64,000 bases of DNA. Origin: Candidatus Eiseniibacteriota bacterium (GTDB taxonomy: Bacteria; Eisenbacteria; RBG-16-71-46). A model generated the notes under the pieces. The model was not told where the DNA came from. It did no database searches and saw only the letters and a list, made by a program, of their open reading frames with translations. Each line of letters opens with the position of its first letter. The stretch's first letter is position 1. Made by a program: the position numbers and the translations under genes. Below, one piece after another: positions 19,497 to 29,073 of this stretch. The stretch covers positions 1,568,001-1,632,000 of the forward strand of contig OY970178.1 of the NCBI GenBank assembly GCA_963707915.1, in the 5' to 3' direction.

Positions 19497-20954
19497 CTAT
19501 CCGCCCAAGTCCAGGCTGGGCTCGACCGGGGGGGGCACGGTCGGCTCAGGGAGGGTCTTCACTTCTTCGGCTTGCAAATCACGAACAGCCTGGTCGACAA
19601 CCTCGGCCTCTGGAAGGTCCCTCGTCGTCGAGCCCCCCAGCTCTTGGAATTTCCGGGCTGAAACCAGCACACGCGATTCGAGGGATCCGACCGCACTGTT
19701 GTACCCGGTTACTGCGGATGAGAGGCCCTTGCCCACCTTGGAGAAATGTTCGAGCCACGTGGCGATGCGCTCGTAGAGCTCCCTGCCGAGATCACTGATG
19801 GCCTGTGCATTCTCCGCGAGCTTCTCCTGCCTCCAGCCGTAGTGCACGGCCCTGAGAAGCGAAATGAGAGTTGTAGGGCTGGCCGGGATGACCCTTTGTT
19901 CCACGCCGTACTCGATGAGCGTTGGGTCATACTGCAAGGCAGCCGAGAAGAAGGTTTCGCCTGGCAGAAACATCACGACCAGCTCGGGGCTGGGCTGGAA
20001 TTGCTCCCAGTAGCTTTTCGCAGCCAACTTGGTCATGTGGTCCCGCACCTGGCGTGCGTGGTCACGGAGCCGCGCTTCACGCACGGTCTCGTCGGTCGCC
20101 TCGAGAGCCTCCAGATAGGCGGCGAGAGGAGCTTTCGAGTCCACAACGATGTTCTTGCCACCCGGAAGCTTTACGATCACGTCGGGACGCAGGCGGCCCG
20201 CGTCAGTCGGAGCGCCTTCCTGCTCAAAGAAGTCACAGTGGTCAAGCATCCCGGCCAGTTCCACGACACGCTTCAACTGGATCTCGCCCCAGCGGCCGCG
20301 AACCGTGGGCGAGCGAAGCGCCTTCACGAGATTCGCAGTCTCGGATTGCAGCTGCTGCTGGCCCGTGGCCATCGCCCGCACCTGCTCGGTGAGCAGCGTG
20401 TAGGCCGTTTGACGCTCCTTTTCCACCTCTTGGAGCTTCGTCTCGACCTTCCCCAGGGATTCCTGGATCGGGCGGATGACTTCTTCCACCGCCTTGTGCT
20501 TGCCGTCCAGCTCGGCTTTGGCCTGCTCCTGGAACTGACCCAGCGAAGCTCTGGCAAGCTCGAGGAATGACTGGTTGTTGGTCTTCAGAGCCTCCGCCGC
20601 GAGCGCCTGGAAGGCTTCGCGCAGTTTCGTCGTCGCCTCCCCAAGGAGCGCCTCCTTCTGCGCGGAGCTCTCCCTCTCGGCCTTCAGAGCAGCGTCCAAT
20701 TGGCCGCGTTCGTCTCGGAGGCGAGCAATCTCTTCCTGCGAGGCCGTCAGCGTCTTGTCGCGCTCGGCGAGAGTCGCCTGCGCATCCACCGCCCGCTGAT
20801 TCGCCCCCTCCAAGCGCCCCTTCGCCTCGGCGATCTCAGCCCTGGGACCGGCCACCGCCTCCGCGATGTCCTTTCCCGCGCGGGCTCGAGCGAGAAACCA
20901 GCCGAGAAGAAATCCTGCAAGCAGGCACCCCGCACCTACCAGGAGCACGCTCAT
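19497..20954 (-). CDS. rmuC: RmuC-family protein (N-terminal TM anchor, coiled coil, restriction-endonuclease fold)
   Basis: RGRWGEIQL, RPDVIVKLPGGKNIVVDSKAP, VMFLPGE, ASPTTLISLL, YNSAVGSLESRV. Confidence 0.93.
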   Translation of the reverse strand: MSVLLVGAGCLLAGFLLGWFLARARAGKDIAEAVAGPRAEIAEAKGRLEGANQRAVDAQATLAERDKTLTASQEEIARLRDERGQLDAALKAERESSAQKEALLGEATTKLREAFQALAAEALKTNNQSFLELARASLGQFQEQAKAELDGKHKAVEEVIRPIQESLGKVETKLQEVEKERQTAYTLLTEQVRAMATGQQQLQSETANLVKALRSPTVRGRWGEIQLKRVVELAGMLDHCDFFEQEGAPTDAGRLRPDVIVKLPGGKNIVVDSKAPLAAYLEALEATDETVREARLRDHARQVRDHMTKLAAKSYWEQFQPSPELVVMFLPGETFFSAALQYDPTLIEYGVEQRVIPASPTTLISLLRAVHYGWRQEKLAENAQAISDLGRELYERIATWLEHFSKVGKGLSSAVTGYNSAVGSLESRVLVSARKFQELGGSTTRDLPEAEVVDQAVRDLQAEEVKTLPEPTVPPPVEPSLDLGG

Positions 20955-23900
20955 GTCGCTCCTCCCCGCTCCGCCGGCAGACGAACTTCAACGGACACCG
21001 GGAACACTTGCGCGGTACCACGGAGCGCGTAGCGTTTCGGAAGAAGCAACTCCAACACCCTCTTCCTCTCGCGTTCGAGTTGCAGCCGGAGCTGCTCATA
21101 GTGTGCCCGGCGGCGCCGCACCTCTTCCTCCTTCTCCTCCACTGAGCGCTCGATTTCCGCGACCCGCTCCTCGGGATCGAATAGCGTCCCTTGTTGAGCC
21201 TCCGCCTTCAGCTCATCGATCTCGCGCTGGAGGCGTGTGAGGGTCGTGTTCTGGATGAGCTCAGAGACCTCGGCCTGCCGGCTCTGGAAGCGCTTGGACT
21301 CGCGGTCGCGCTCTGCCTCGAGTTCCGTGGCAAGAGCAGCCTTGACTTGGCGCGTAAGTTCGGCAGCCTGGACTTCGAGGAGCCCCCGAAGCCCCTGCGC
21401 GACCTCGTCCCACAACTCGCGAGCGCGGCGTATCTCAGACGCGGCTGGAGTCGTCGGCGGTACCCGCAAGTTGTGGGCGGGGACGTGAGGCAATGACTGG
21501 CCAAGGTTCCCGCCACGGATGGGCAGCTGAAGCGTGCGCACCCAGTGGTGGAACGTCTCCCGCAGCTCGTTGACCGCCAATTCCTCGACTGTGAGGAGGA
21601 GCAGAGCATCAGCGCCGTCAGGGACCGCACCCAGCCTCACCGACCACCTCGACTGGCCACCGGGCCCCGGGAAGCGAAGCCGCGCGAAGGAGGCGAGGGC
21701 CTGGTGATACATCGGATGACCGAGGTGCAAGAGAGCTGTATCCCGCTCAGGTCTAAAGACCGGCCGGCCCCCGATCGTGGCAATAAGGCGGCTTGGATCG
21801 AAGACCAGGAACGGCAGGGCACCGCGCCGGCCGGCGCGGTCTGGGAGCCGCAGGCAGTCGTTCACCAGCGCGTTCCAGTGTTCGGGGAGTTGGTGCCCCA
21901 GGCGATAGCGACCACGTTCGTCTGGCCCCTCCAGAGCCCGTCCGCCTTGCCCAATGGCCAAGTTCAACGTGTCGCACAGGGACTCGGCGTCGAGGTCAAC
22001 CTCTTCGGCGAGAGCCCGGAGCCGAGCCAATTCCTCCTCGCCTGTCTCGATGCGCGTACTTCGCGGGACCTCTGCCCTGCCACGAGCGGATTCGACCTGG
22101 AGATCGAGGTCAGATTTCACACGCGATGCGTCCTCACCGCGAATGAGGCGGCGTTCCAGCGCCGCGTCGAAAACCTCGCCGGTGGACCCGAGGTCTTCGC
22201 GAATCCGGTGCACCTTGCTCACGACATAGGCCAAGAAGTCCAGGTCGGCATCGTCATCGGTCACGAAGTGATGCACGACGACGTCGCGAGCCTGCCCGTG
22301 ACGGTCAAGCCGCCCGTTGCGCTGCTCGAGTCGCGCTGGATTCCAGGGAACGTCGAAGTGCAGAAGGTAGCGGGCGCTCTCCTGGAGGTTGAGCCCCTCA
22401 GCTGCCGCGTCGGTGGCGACGAGGATTCGCACCGGGTCGGCCGGGTCGTTGAAGGCAGCCTTGATCTCGTCACGGTCGACATCATCCATGCCGCCGTAAA
22501 GGACGCGCACGAGACCATCCCCGGAGAACTCGGAAGACAGCCGCTGGTTCAGGTAGTCGAGCGTCGTCTTGTACTCCGTGAAGATGACGAGGCGTTCGTC
22601 AGCGCGGAAGTCGCTGCCATTCAGGAGCAAACGCTTGATGAGGCCTTCCAGCGCATCGTAGCGAGCGTCGGCGTTCGGCCTTCGAGGTGAGCCCTTCCCG
22701 CTCGGACCGTCGAGCCCAAGCTCGCGCAGGGTGCGCTCAACGAGCTGGACCTCGCTCGCCAGCCCGTCGGCGAGCGGCTTGAGCCAGGCCCCCACCGTCT
22801 GCGCAGCGTGCCTGGCCCGGCTCTCGATCTCCGGGTCGTCGCTGATCCCTTCCCGGGTTGACCGCTCGGCCGCGCGCACCTCGGACACCTCGGCGGTTTC
22901 CTCGCCCGTCATACCGCTGCGGTAGCGCCACCACGATTCAGAGAAGGTCGCGGGGCACGACAGCAGTCGTTTGCCGAGGACCTCGACGGCGAAAGTCCCA
23001 GCGAGTCGCTCTTGCTTCGAGGCACGCCCCACCAGGCTGCGCACCTTCGTCCGGAACTCAGAGAAGGCCGCGGACAGGGCCCGCTCTTGAGCACCAAGCT
23101 GGAGGCGCACGGGATCGAGACTGCGCTCGGCGAATCGCGGCGGATTACTGCGCTCGTTGATCTCGCGTTTGAGCCGCCGGATGACGACTTCTTCCGCTCG
23201 CTCCCGGGCACGAGCCGTCAGCACGCTTTCGCGCGAGAAGCGCACTGGGTCTAGGCACTCGAGCAACCCCGTGAAACACCGCGTATGCCCGTTGTGGGGC
23301 GTCGCGCTCAGGAACAACTTGTGCTCGAACCATGGTGTCAGGTACTGCAGCAGCCGAGAGGCGTCGCTGTCCACTCCGATGGCCGCAGGGGCGAGGTTGT
23401 GTACCTCGTCGACGATGAGTAGGTCCCAGGGAAGGTTCGCCGTGTCGTCCGAAGGAAACGCCGCGCGGAATTGCTCGAGCACATCGGGCTGCTTCAGGTA
23501 ATCGAAAGATGCCACGATGCGCGGGTGGCTTCGCCAAGGATTCGCGTCCATGCCGACCCGCTTGCGGAGAGCCTCGGTGCTCCGGCGGTCTACGATGTCG
23601 AAGGTGAGGGAGAACTTCTCCCACATCTCCTGCTTCCACTGGGTGCGCAGCGAGGCCGGACAGAGCACCAGCACACGCCGGATGCGCCGCCGCTGGATGA
23701 GCTCGGCAACAATCAACCCCGCCTCGATGGTCTTGCCCAGTCCGACATCGTCCGCAAGCATCAGGGACACCCGCGGCATGCGCAGGGCCTTGAGGAGCGG
23801 TACGAGCTGGAAGTCCTCGACCTGAATCGCCCCATAGAAGGGGGCGGCCAGAGGCATGCGCTCAAGGGGGCCTGATCCGTCCGGGTCGACGAAGGGTTGG

Positions 23901-24208
23901 AGGGCCGTCCAGCGAGTCGCGCGCACCAGTGCGTCCAGGTGCTCCGGGACCATGGGCTGGCTCTGGACTACATCGGGCAGCGCCGTTGGCTCCAGGACCT
24001 GGTAGGCCGGCTCCCGCTCCCAGACTAGGAGGTCTTCCGACGGACCATCCGGGTCGACGTACTCGACGGAGACGAGGTGGAGCAGCCCTTCAGCATCGCT
24101 CTGGTGGGGTTCGACGGCAGCGATGACGCCCCGTCGGTTGCGCACCGTGGCGAGTGCGCCGACGCGAGGAATGGCCCCGGTAGGCGACGAGTCGTGTGTA
24201 GGCGGCAT
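20951..24208 (-). CDS. drmD: SNF2-family helicase, DISARM DrmD-like
   Basis: LADDVGLGKT, IVDEVH, LSATP, IFTEY, ATDAAAEGLNLQ, PWNPARLEQRNGRLDRHGQ, C-terminal coiled coil. Confidence 0.85.
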   Translation of the reverse strand: MPPTHDSSPTGAIPRVGALATVRNRRGVIAAVEPHQSDAEGLLHLVSVEYVDPDGPSEDLLVWEREPAYQVLEPTALPDVVQSQPMVPEHLDALVRATRWTALQPFVDPDGSGPLERMPLAAPFYGAIQVEDFQLVPLLKALRMPRVSLMLADDVGLGKTIEAGLIVAELIQRRRIRRVLVLCPASLRTQWKQEMWEKFSLTFDIVDRRSTEALRKRVGMDANPWRSHPRIVASFDYLKQPDVLEQFRAAFPSDDTANLPWDLLIVDEVHNLAPAAIGVDSDASRLLQYLTPWFEHKLFLSATPHNGHTRCFTGLLECLDPVRFSRESVLTARARERAEEVVIRRLKREINERSNPPRFAERSLDPVRLQLGAQERALSAAFSEFRTKVRSLVGRASKQERLAGTFAVEVLGKRLLSCPATFSESWWRYRSGMTGEETAEVSEVRAAERSTREGISDDPEIESRARHAAQTVGAWLKPLADGLASEVQLVERTLRELGLDGPSGKGSPRRPNADARYDALEGLIKRLLLNGSDFRADERLVIFTEYKTTLDYLNQRLSSEFSGDGLVRVLYGGMDDVDRDEIKAAFNDPADPVRILVATDAAAEGLNLQESARYLLHFDVPWNPARLEQRNGRLDRHGQARDVVVHHFVTDDDADLDFLAYVVSKVHRIREDLGSTGEVFDAALERRLIRGEDASRVKSDLDLQVESARGRAEVPRSTRIETGEEELARLRALAEEVDLDAESLCDTLNLAIGQGGRALEGPDERGRYRLGHQLPEHWNALVNDCLRLPDRAGRRGALPFLVFDPSRLIATIGGRPVFRPERDTALLHLGHPMYHQALASFARLRFPGPGGQSRWSVRLGAVPDGADALLLLTVEELAVNELRETFHHWVRTLQLPIRGGNLGQSLPHVPAHNLRVPPTTPAASEIRRARELWDEVAQGLRGLLEVQAAELTRQVKAALATELEAERDRESKRFQSRQAEVSELIQNTTLTRLQREIDELKAEAQQGTLFDPEERVAEIERSVEEKEEEVRRRRAHYEQLRLQLERERKRVLELLLPKRYALRGTAQVFPVSVEVRLPAERGGAT

Positions 24209-24309
24209 GCGGCCTCACAAGTCTAGGATGCCGAGGAAGATAGCCCTTCCATGCCAGACCTCCAACCGGGGGATCGTGGACCAGTTTGAGTCTGCGGGGC
24301 TGGAGTGCG

Positions 24310-24771
24310 CTACGCCGTGGGTGCGGTTGGCGCCTGCGCTGGGGAAACTGGTGCCTGGAGCCCGGTAGAGGCGGCCGGGACGGTAAAACCGCTTGCGGAC
24401 GGCACCATTTCAATCTGTCCTGTGGTAGGACAGACGAGCAGCTCAAAGCCGAACTTCTTCAGAAAGTCCATCCCGAGCATGACCTGATTGCCCTCATTCT
24501 CAATCACGATCAAGCCCATGTTTTCCACTCCATCCAGCCGAGCCACGCCGAGGCAGGTTAGTCTATTCTCGCTGGCTCCGTTCGCAAATTGCAGGGACAT
24601 GGTGCCGGTAAGGATAAGCCCGATCGGGAATGCCTGAAGCAGCGGGATGGAGAGGAATCCCGTGAATCCCGTGTCAATCAGGCAGGCAAGCTTGGTCGGT
24701 TGGTTGAAGGCTCCGAGCACCTCGATTTCGATGGTCGGATCGCCGTTAGCGCCCAAAGATCCAATCGCCAT
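24310..24771 (-). CDS. Clan AA (retropepsin-like) aspartyl protease
   Basis: LIDTGFTG catalytic motif and LGMDFL; ATG at 24771. Confidence 0.88.
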   Translation of the reverse strand: MAIGSLGANGDPTIEIEVLGAFNQPTKLACLIDTGFTGFLSIPLLQAFPIGLILTGTMSLQFANGASENRLTCLGVARLDGVENMGLIVIENEGNQVMLGMDFLKKFGFELLVCPTTGQIEMVPSASGFTVPAASTGLQAPVSPAQAPTAPTA

Positions 24772-25027
24772 GCCGCACTCCAGACGATGAGTAGCCAACT
24801 CTAAAGACGCCAGGAGAGCCAACCTTGACGAGGTGGAAAAGGCCACGTGGACTCATGGCCTGGGCTAGGCGGAGAGCCTCCTCAGGCGTCGGCGCGTGGA
24901 ACGCTTCCTCCGATTGAACGTCTATTGCTGCGTACTGGCCCGGGAACTGAGCCTCGTACGTTTCCTGGTACTTGGTGGCGTAAATTTGAGCGCCTCGATC
25001 GGCGATTGTCTTGGGGTCGATCGGCAT
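24746..25027 (-). CDS. DUF5678-like small protein
   Basis: YEAQFPGQYAAIDVQS...EEALRLA...LVKVG pattern; overlaps the protease start. Confidence 0.7.
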   Translation of the reverse strand: MPIDPKTIADRGAQIYATKYQETYEAQFPGQYAAIDVQSEEAFHAPTPEEALRLAQAMSPRGLFHLVKVGSPGVFRVGYSSSGVRHGDWIFGR

Positions 25028-25171
25028 GACGGCTCGCCCTCCTACCGGGGAGTTATCGGTGGCCTTGGAGGACAAGTAAACCACGGATTTCCTAGTTCAA
25101 CAAGCAGCCCCTACCTAGCGGACTCAAGCCCCCAGGGCGGCGATTTCCTGCACGGCCAAAAGGTGATTGGA

Positions 25172-25274
25172 TCACGCTCGCAGCCATGGTTGGAGTCACC
25201 CGCAGAGTCTGGTGGATGCGTGCAAGGTTGTAGGCCATGAAGTGCACGGCCACCGGCGCGGCGTGGTTCTCGAC
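25172..25274 (-). pseudogene. C-terminal remnant of an IS1-family transposase
   Basis: Manual translation VENHAAPVAVHFMAYNLARIHQTLRVTPTMAASV resembles the IS1-family C-terminus (ENH...HF..YNF.R.H.TLRVTPAM). Confidence 0.75.
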
Positions 25275-25279
25275 TCGCA

Positions 25280-25319
25280 GTCACGCGCGCCTACGCTGGG
25301 AAGAATAGGCGCGCGCGAC
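25280..25319. repeat. 14-bp inverted repeat (13/14 match), 12-nt loop
   Basis: GTCACGCGCGCCTA ... TAGGCGCGCGCGAC in the divergent intergenic region. Confidence 0.8.
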
Positions 25320-25594
25320 CATTGGAACCCCGCGATCTGAGGCAGCTCGCGCACTGGGAGGCAATTCGAGATGGCATCGCCGGCGAGGACAAGGAAACGT
25401 CCCACGTCTCCTAGGCAAAGGCAGAGGGCTCACCAAGCATCCGATTCTCCCAGCGCCGGTGGCAGCTCCTCGCCGAACCGTGGGCGAAGAGAAGAACTCC
25501 GCAACACGCTGCAGTACGAGCGCCTTTCCGGATGGTGAAAAACGATGGCTTCTGACCTGGGAGGACGTTCGCCGCATTAGGCACAATCCGGGCC

Positions 25595-25620
25595 CCAGAG
25601 TCGAACACCAGAGTCGAACA
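25595..25620. repeat. Perfect 13-bp tandem duplication
   Basis: CCAGAGTCGAACA x2, immediately upstream of the sigma-like ORF. Confidence 0.9.
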
Positions 25621-25622
25621 AC

Positions 25623-26762
25623 TTGCAGCAAGGAGGTACTTCCGCGATTCTCGATATAAGCGTCCGGGATGGCGAATCCGTGCAGACGGCAGGCCGAACG
25701 TCTGCTGCCTTCGTCAAGCCACAGCGACTCAGGAGGCTGGAGGGTCTCGTGTCGAGAATTGTCTCGCCCTATCCCTCGCTGATCGGCCGGGCTGAGACCT
25801 CGCCCGAGAAGGTCCTCTATCGCGGCATGATCAGCCGCTTTGTCGAGTCCCTGATCCTGCATGCGTGGGGTATCAGCGCGCCTCTTGAGTTCGGCTGGTG
25901 GGCGTTCGCGATCAACCAGCAGACTCCCGCGACCGATCCTCGTGTCATTGTCTACCAAACCGCGAGGTCGCGCCTTGCTTCGCTCTGGCCGGGGCCAGCC
26001 TCAGTCGGACAATTGAGAGCGTTCCAGATCATCTGGTCCGGTGGGCATTGCCAGCTTCGAATCAACCGCCAGGTCCGGGGCAAGTTGACCGGCAGACTGG
26101 AAACGAATCCGAAGGACGGGGCGAAGCCCTGTATGCAGCTACTCTTCGGGTTGCAGCCCGACGAGCCGGATGATGCCGGTCAGTACACCGTGTTCGAATG
26201 GCAGCGTGCCGATGGGCTGAGTGCCATCATCTTCTGGGATCTGGTCCAGCCTATCGTCCGCGGGCATTCACCTGCTGAGGTGGAAGGCATCATCCGACGG
26301 ACGCTGCCGCCGGGTGGTCCACGACGACGCTGGGCTGGGCTCGTGAAGCGTACCTCGGTGGACGAGATTCCGAGCATGTACTGGCAAGCAGCGATCGGGG
26401 CCACGGGCTGGCGGAGCATTGCCTCGCGTACCCTTGAGAGGCTTGAGACGTCCGTACGCGCGGGCGAGCCGTCCCGGAAGACGAATCTCAGCTCAGTTCC
26501 GCTTGAAGATGCGGAGTCCGCTGACTCCAGCGGGGGGGATTCCGTCCAGGCTAGCCCGTCAGGCCGCGAGGGGGACGACAGGCGGATTGACATCGAGCGG
26601 GCTGTCGGTGAACTCAGCCAGCGGGACCAGCGGATCCTCCGCATGTACGGTGAGGGGTACACCGATGAAGAGATTGGCAGTGTCCTCCACGTCAGCCACC
26701 AGGCAGTGAACAAGACGCGCCAGAAAGCGAACCTGAGGTTGCGCAACTTGCTGAGTAGCTGA
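25623..26762 (+). CDS. Regulator with C-terminal sigma70 region-4 HTH
   Basis: IDIERAVGELSQRDQRILRMYGEGYTDEEIGSVLHVSHQAVNKTRQKA. Start uncertain. Confidence 0.75.
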   Translation: MQQGGTSAILDISVRDGESVQTAGRTSAAFVKPQRLRRLEGLVSRIVSPYPSLIGRAETSPEKVLYRGMISRFVESLILHAWGISAPLEFGWWAFAINQQTPATDPRVIVYQTARSRLASLWPGPASVGQLRAFQIIWSGGHCQLRINRQVRGKLTGRLETNPKDGAKPCMQLLFGLQPDEPDDAGQYTVFEWQRADGLSAIIFWDLVQPIVRGHSPAEVEGIIRRTLPPGGPRRRWAGLVKRTSVDEIPSMYWQAAIGATGWRSIASRTLERLETSVRAGEPSRKTNLSSVPLEDAESADSSGGDSVQASPSGREGDDRRIDIERAVGELSQRDQRILRMYGEGYTDEEIGSVLHVSHQAVNKTRQKANLRLRNLLSS

Positions 26763-26836
26763 CAGCTACGGGAATCTGCAGAGCCACGGTTGCAAAGTCG
26801 GCCCATCGCACCCCTCTCCCAGGTAAGGAGGGTGAG

Positions 26837-27166
26837 ATGGGCCACTTCATTTTGAGGCTGTTCCCCGACGGAAGAGTCGAGCAGTCAGTCCACGCGAGGA
26901 CTTGGAAGGAGCGCGAGGAACTGATCGCATTCGGCCTCTATCTCCAGCCTGGATTGGCCGCGTTGGATGTCTCGGCTCGGGTCTGGCGCGACTTCGCCAT
27001 CCCGACCAGGCCCACTAGAGGACTTGCCCGGGGTGTGCTCGGGGCGGCGGATTCCAGCGGCAGGCGTGCGCGGCAGCGCGGAAGAGCAAACCAGTTGCAG
27101 GTGCGACTCGGCGAGATCTCGCACAAACGGCCAAAGGCCGGCGTCGCCGCAGAGGGGGCAAGCTGA
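26837..27166 (+). CDS. Hypothetical protein of the replication module
   Basis: AGGAGGG RBS; TGATG overlap with the primase gene. Confidence 0.55.
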   Translation: MGHFILRLFPDGRVEQSVHARTWKEREELIAFGLYLQPGLAALDVSARVWRDFAIPTRPTRGLARGVLGAADSSGRRARQRGRANQLQVRLGEISHKRPKAGVAAEGAS

Positions 27167-29073
27167 TGGCAACCACCGGGCAGTCCCAGAACGAAGAGGG
27201 CGAGCGGGCTGCACATGCCAATGAGCAGGGAGAGAGCCCTTACGTGCACGGCGAGGACAGCCCCGTGCTCGCAGCGGCACTCAACTACACAGCAAGGGGA
27301 TGGCGCGTTATCCCGGTGAACGGCAAGAGGCCGCTCACGCCACATGGGTACCAGGACGGCGCCACGGAAGAGTCGGTGATTCGCGCCTGGTGGACCACGT
27401 GGCCGGCTGCTGGCGTCGCTATCGTCGTCGGGCCCGAGTCTGGGCTCTCGGTAGTGGACATCGATCCACGCAATGGCGGTAGCGCCACGCTCGAGGCCCT
27501 GCGAGCCCAGCACGGCCTCCTCCCTGAGACCCTCACCGTCAGGACCGGAGGCGACGGGCTGCACCTCTACTTCCGCTACCACCCCCGCGCCGGGCGGCGC
27601 TTGCTCGGGCCCGGGGTCGAGATGAAGGGTGCGGGTGGCTACGTCGTCGCTCCGCCAAGCCCACACCCCAGCGGTGGCACGTACAAGTGGAGTGGCCCCG
27701 AGGATGCGCTGCTGGCCGAGTTGCCTGAGTGGATGCTGGATGATCGGTCGACCGCGTCCGCGGGAGCTCAGCCGCTTCCCAAGAGGATCCCAGAAGGCGA
27801 ACGCCACCGCGCACTGACCTCCCTCGCCGGCAGTATGCGCAGGCGCGATGCCCCGCCCCATGCGATCCAGGCCGCGCTCGCAATCGTCAATCTCGAACGC
27901 TGCGAACCACCACTCTCAGATCCTGAGGTGGCCGGCATTACCAGCTCTGTCGCGCTCTACCCCGCACCCCCACCGACGGAGCCGCGCGGGGGGCTCGAGG
28001 TAGCCGTGCCACCCGGCCAGACTCATTCCGCCGCAACTATAGGTACGAGTTCCGGCAGAGAGAATCTCAGGTTCCGGACCGCCAAGGAGGTCGCGTCGAT
28101 GACGGGCGGCGAGGTGTCCTGGATTGCCGAGCCCTGGGTTGCCCGAGGCTCCATCACGGAGCTAGCTGGGAAGGTCAAGCAGGCGGGCAAGACCACGCTC
28201 CTCGCCCATCTGGTCGCAGCAGTCCTCGATGGTTGCGAGTTCCTCGGCAGGCCGACAACTCGGACGCCCGTCTTCTGGCTCACGGAGCAAAATCCGACCA
28301 GCTTCCGCCAGGTGCTCCGGCGCGCGGGCCTCCTGAATCGAGACGACCTCCATGTCCTGTTTTGGCACGAGACGCTCGGCATCCCGTGGGAAGAAGTCGT
28401 GAGGGCCGTTCTTGCAGAAGCCCAGCGCCAGGGTGCAGGCCTTCTCGCCGTCGATACTCTCGGGCAATTCGCCGGCCTGAAGGGGGACACCGAGAACTCG
28501 TCGGGAGACGCTTTGGCGGCGATCCAACCCCTGCAGGCCGCGGCGGCAGCAGGCCTTGGGATTCTGGTGAATCGTCACGAGCGGAAGGGCGGCGGTGAGG
28601 TTGGGGAATCGGGCCGGGGCTCGTCCGCCTTCTCTGGCGCGGTGGATGTCGTTCTGGTCCTTCGGCGCCCGGAGGGGCAGCCGCGGCCCACCATCCGCCA
28701 AATCGTCGCACTCTCGCGGTTCGACGAGACACCCCCCGAGCTCCTGATTGAGCTGCGAGCAGACGGTTACGTGGCCCTAGGCACGGCGAAGGACATCGCC
28801 CACCGGGAGGCCCGCCAGGCGATTCTGCGAGAAGCGCCAACGGACCAGGCGGACGCACTCACGATCGATGAACTACTCGAGCGGATCTCCGGGATGAAGC
28901 GCACCGTCGCCCAGAAAGCCCTGGCGGAGCTCGTCCAGGACTCGCTGCTGAGACGCATCGGTGCCGGTGTCAAAGGCGATGGCTACCGCTACCTCCGAGT
29001 TGCCATGGACACGGGGACTGACAGTGGCCGTCAGGATTCCTTCTGCCGGAACTCCATCACTGAGGAGGGCTGA
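27166..29073 (+). CDS. Bifunctional primase-polymerase (Prim-Pol) + PriCT + AAA_25/RecA-like helicase
   Basis: GWRVIPV, VVDID, TGGDGLHLYF, GGYVVAPPS, EGERHRAL, Walker A-like GKVKQAGKTT, AVDTL, RGSSAF. Confidence 0.9.
   Translation: MATTGQSQNEEGERAAHANEQGESPYVHGEDSPVLAAALNYTARGWRVIPVNGKRPLTPHGYQDGATEESVIRAWWTTWPAAGVAIVVGPESGLSVVDIDPRNGGSATLEALRAQHGLLPETLTVRTGGDGLHLYFRYHPRAGRRLLGPGVEMKGAGGYVVAPPSPHPSGGTYKWSGPEDALLAELPEWMLDDRSTASAGAQPLPKRIPEGERHRALTSLAGSMRRRDAPPHAIQAALAIVNLERCEPPLSDPEVAGITSSVALYPAPPPTEPRGGLEVAVPPGQTHSAATIGTSSGRENLRFRTAKEVASMTGGEVSWIAEPWVARGSITELAGKVKQAGKTTLLAHLVAAVLDGCEFLGRPTTRTPVFWLTEQNPTSFRQVLRRAGLLNRDDLHVLFWHETLGIPWEEVVRAVLAEAQRQGAGLLAVDTLGQFAGLKGDTENSSGDALAAIQPLQAAAAAGLGILVNRHERKGGGEVGESGRGSSAFSGAVDVVLVLRRPEGQPRPTIRQIVALSRFDETPPELLIELRADGYVALGTAKDIAHREARQAILREAPTDQADALTIDELLERISGMKRTVAQKALAELVQDSLLRRIGAGVKGDGYRYLRVAMDTGTDSGRQDSFCRNSITEEG

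Noticed and set aside
7886..24208. Calling the operon canonical DISARM, BREX or Druantia
   Set aside because: No DrmC PLD or separate DrmB, no PglZ or BrxC, and no recognisable Druantia partner genes.
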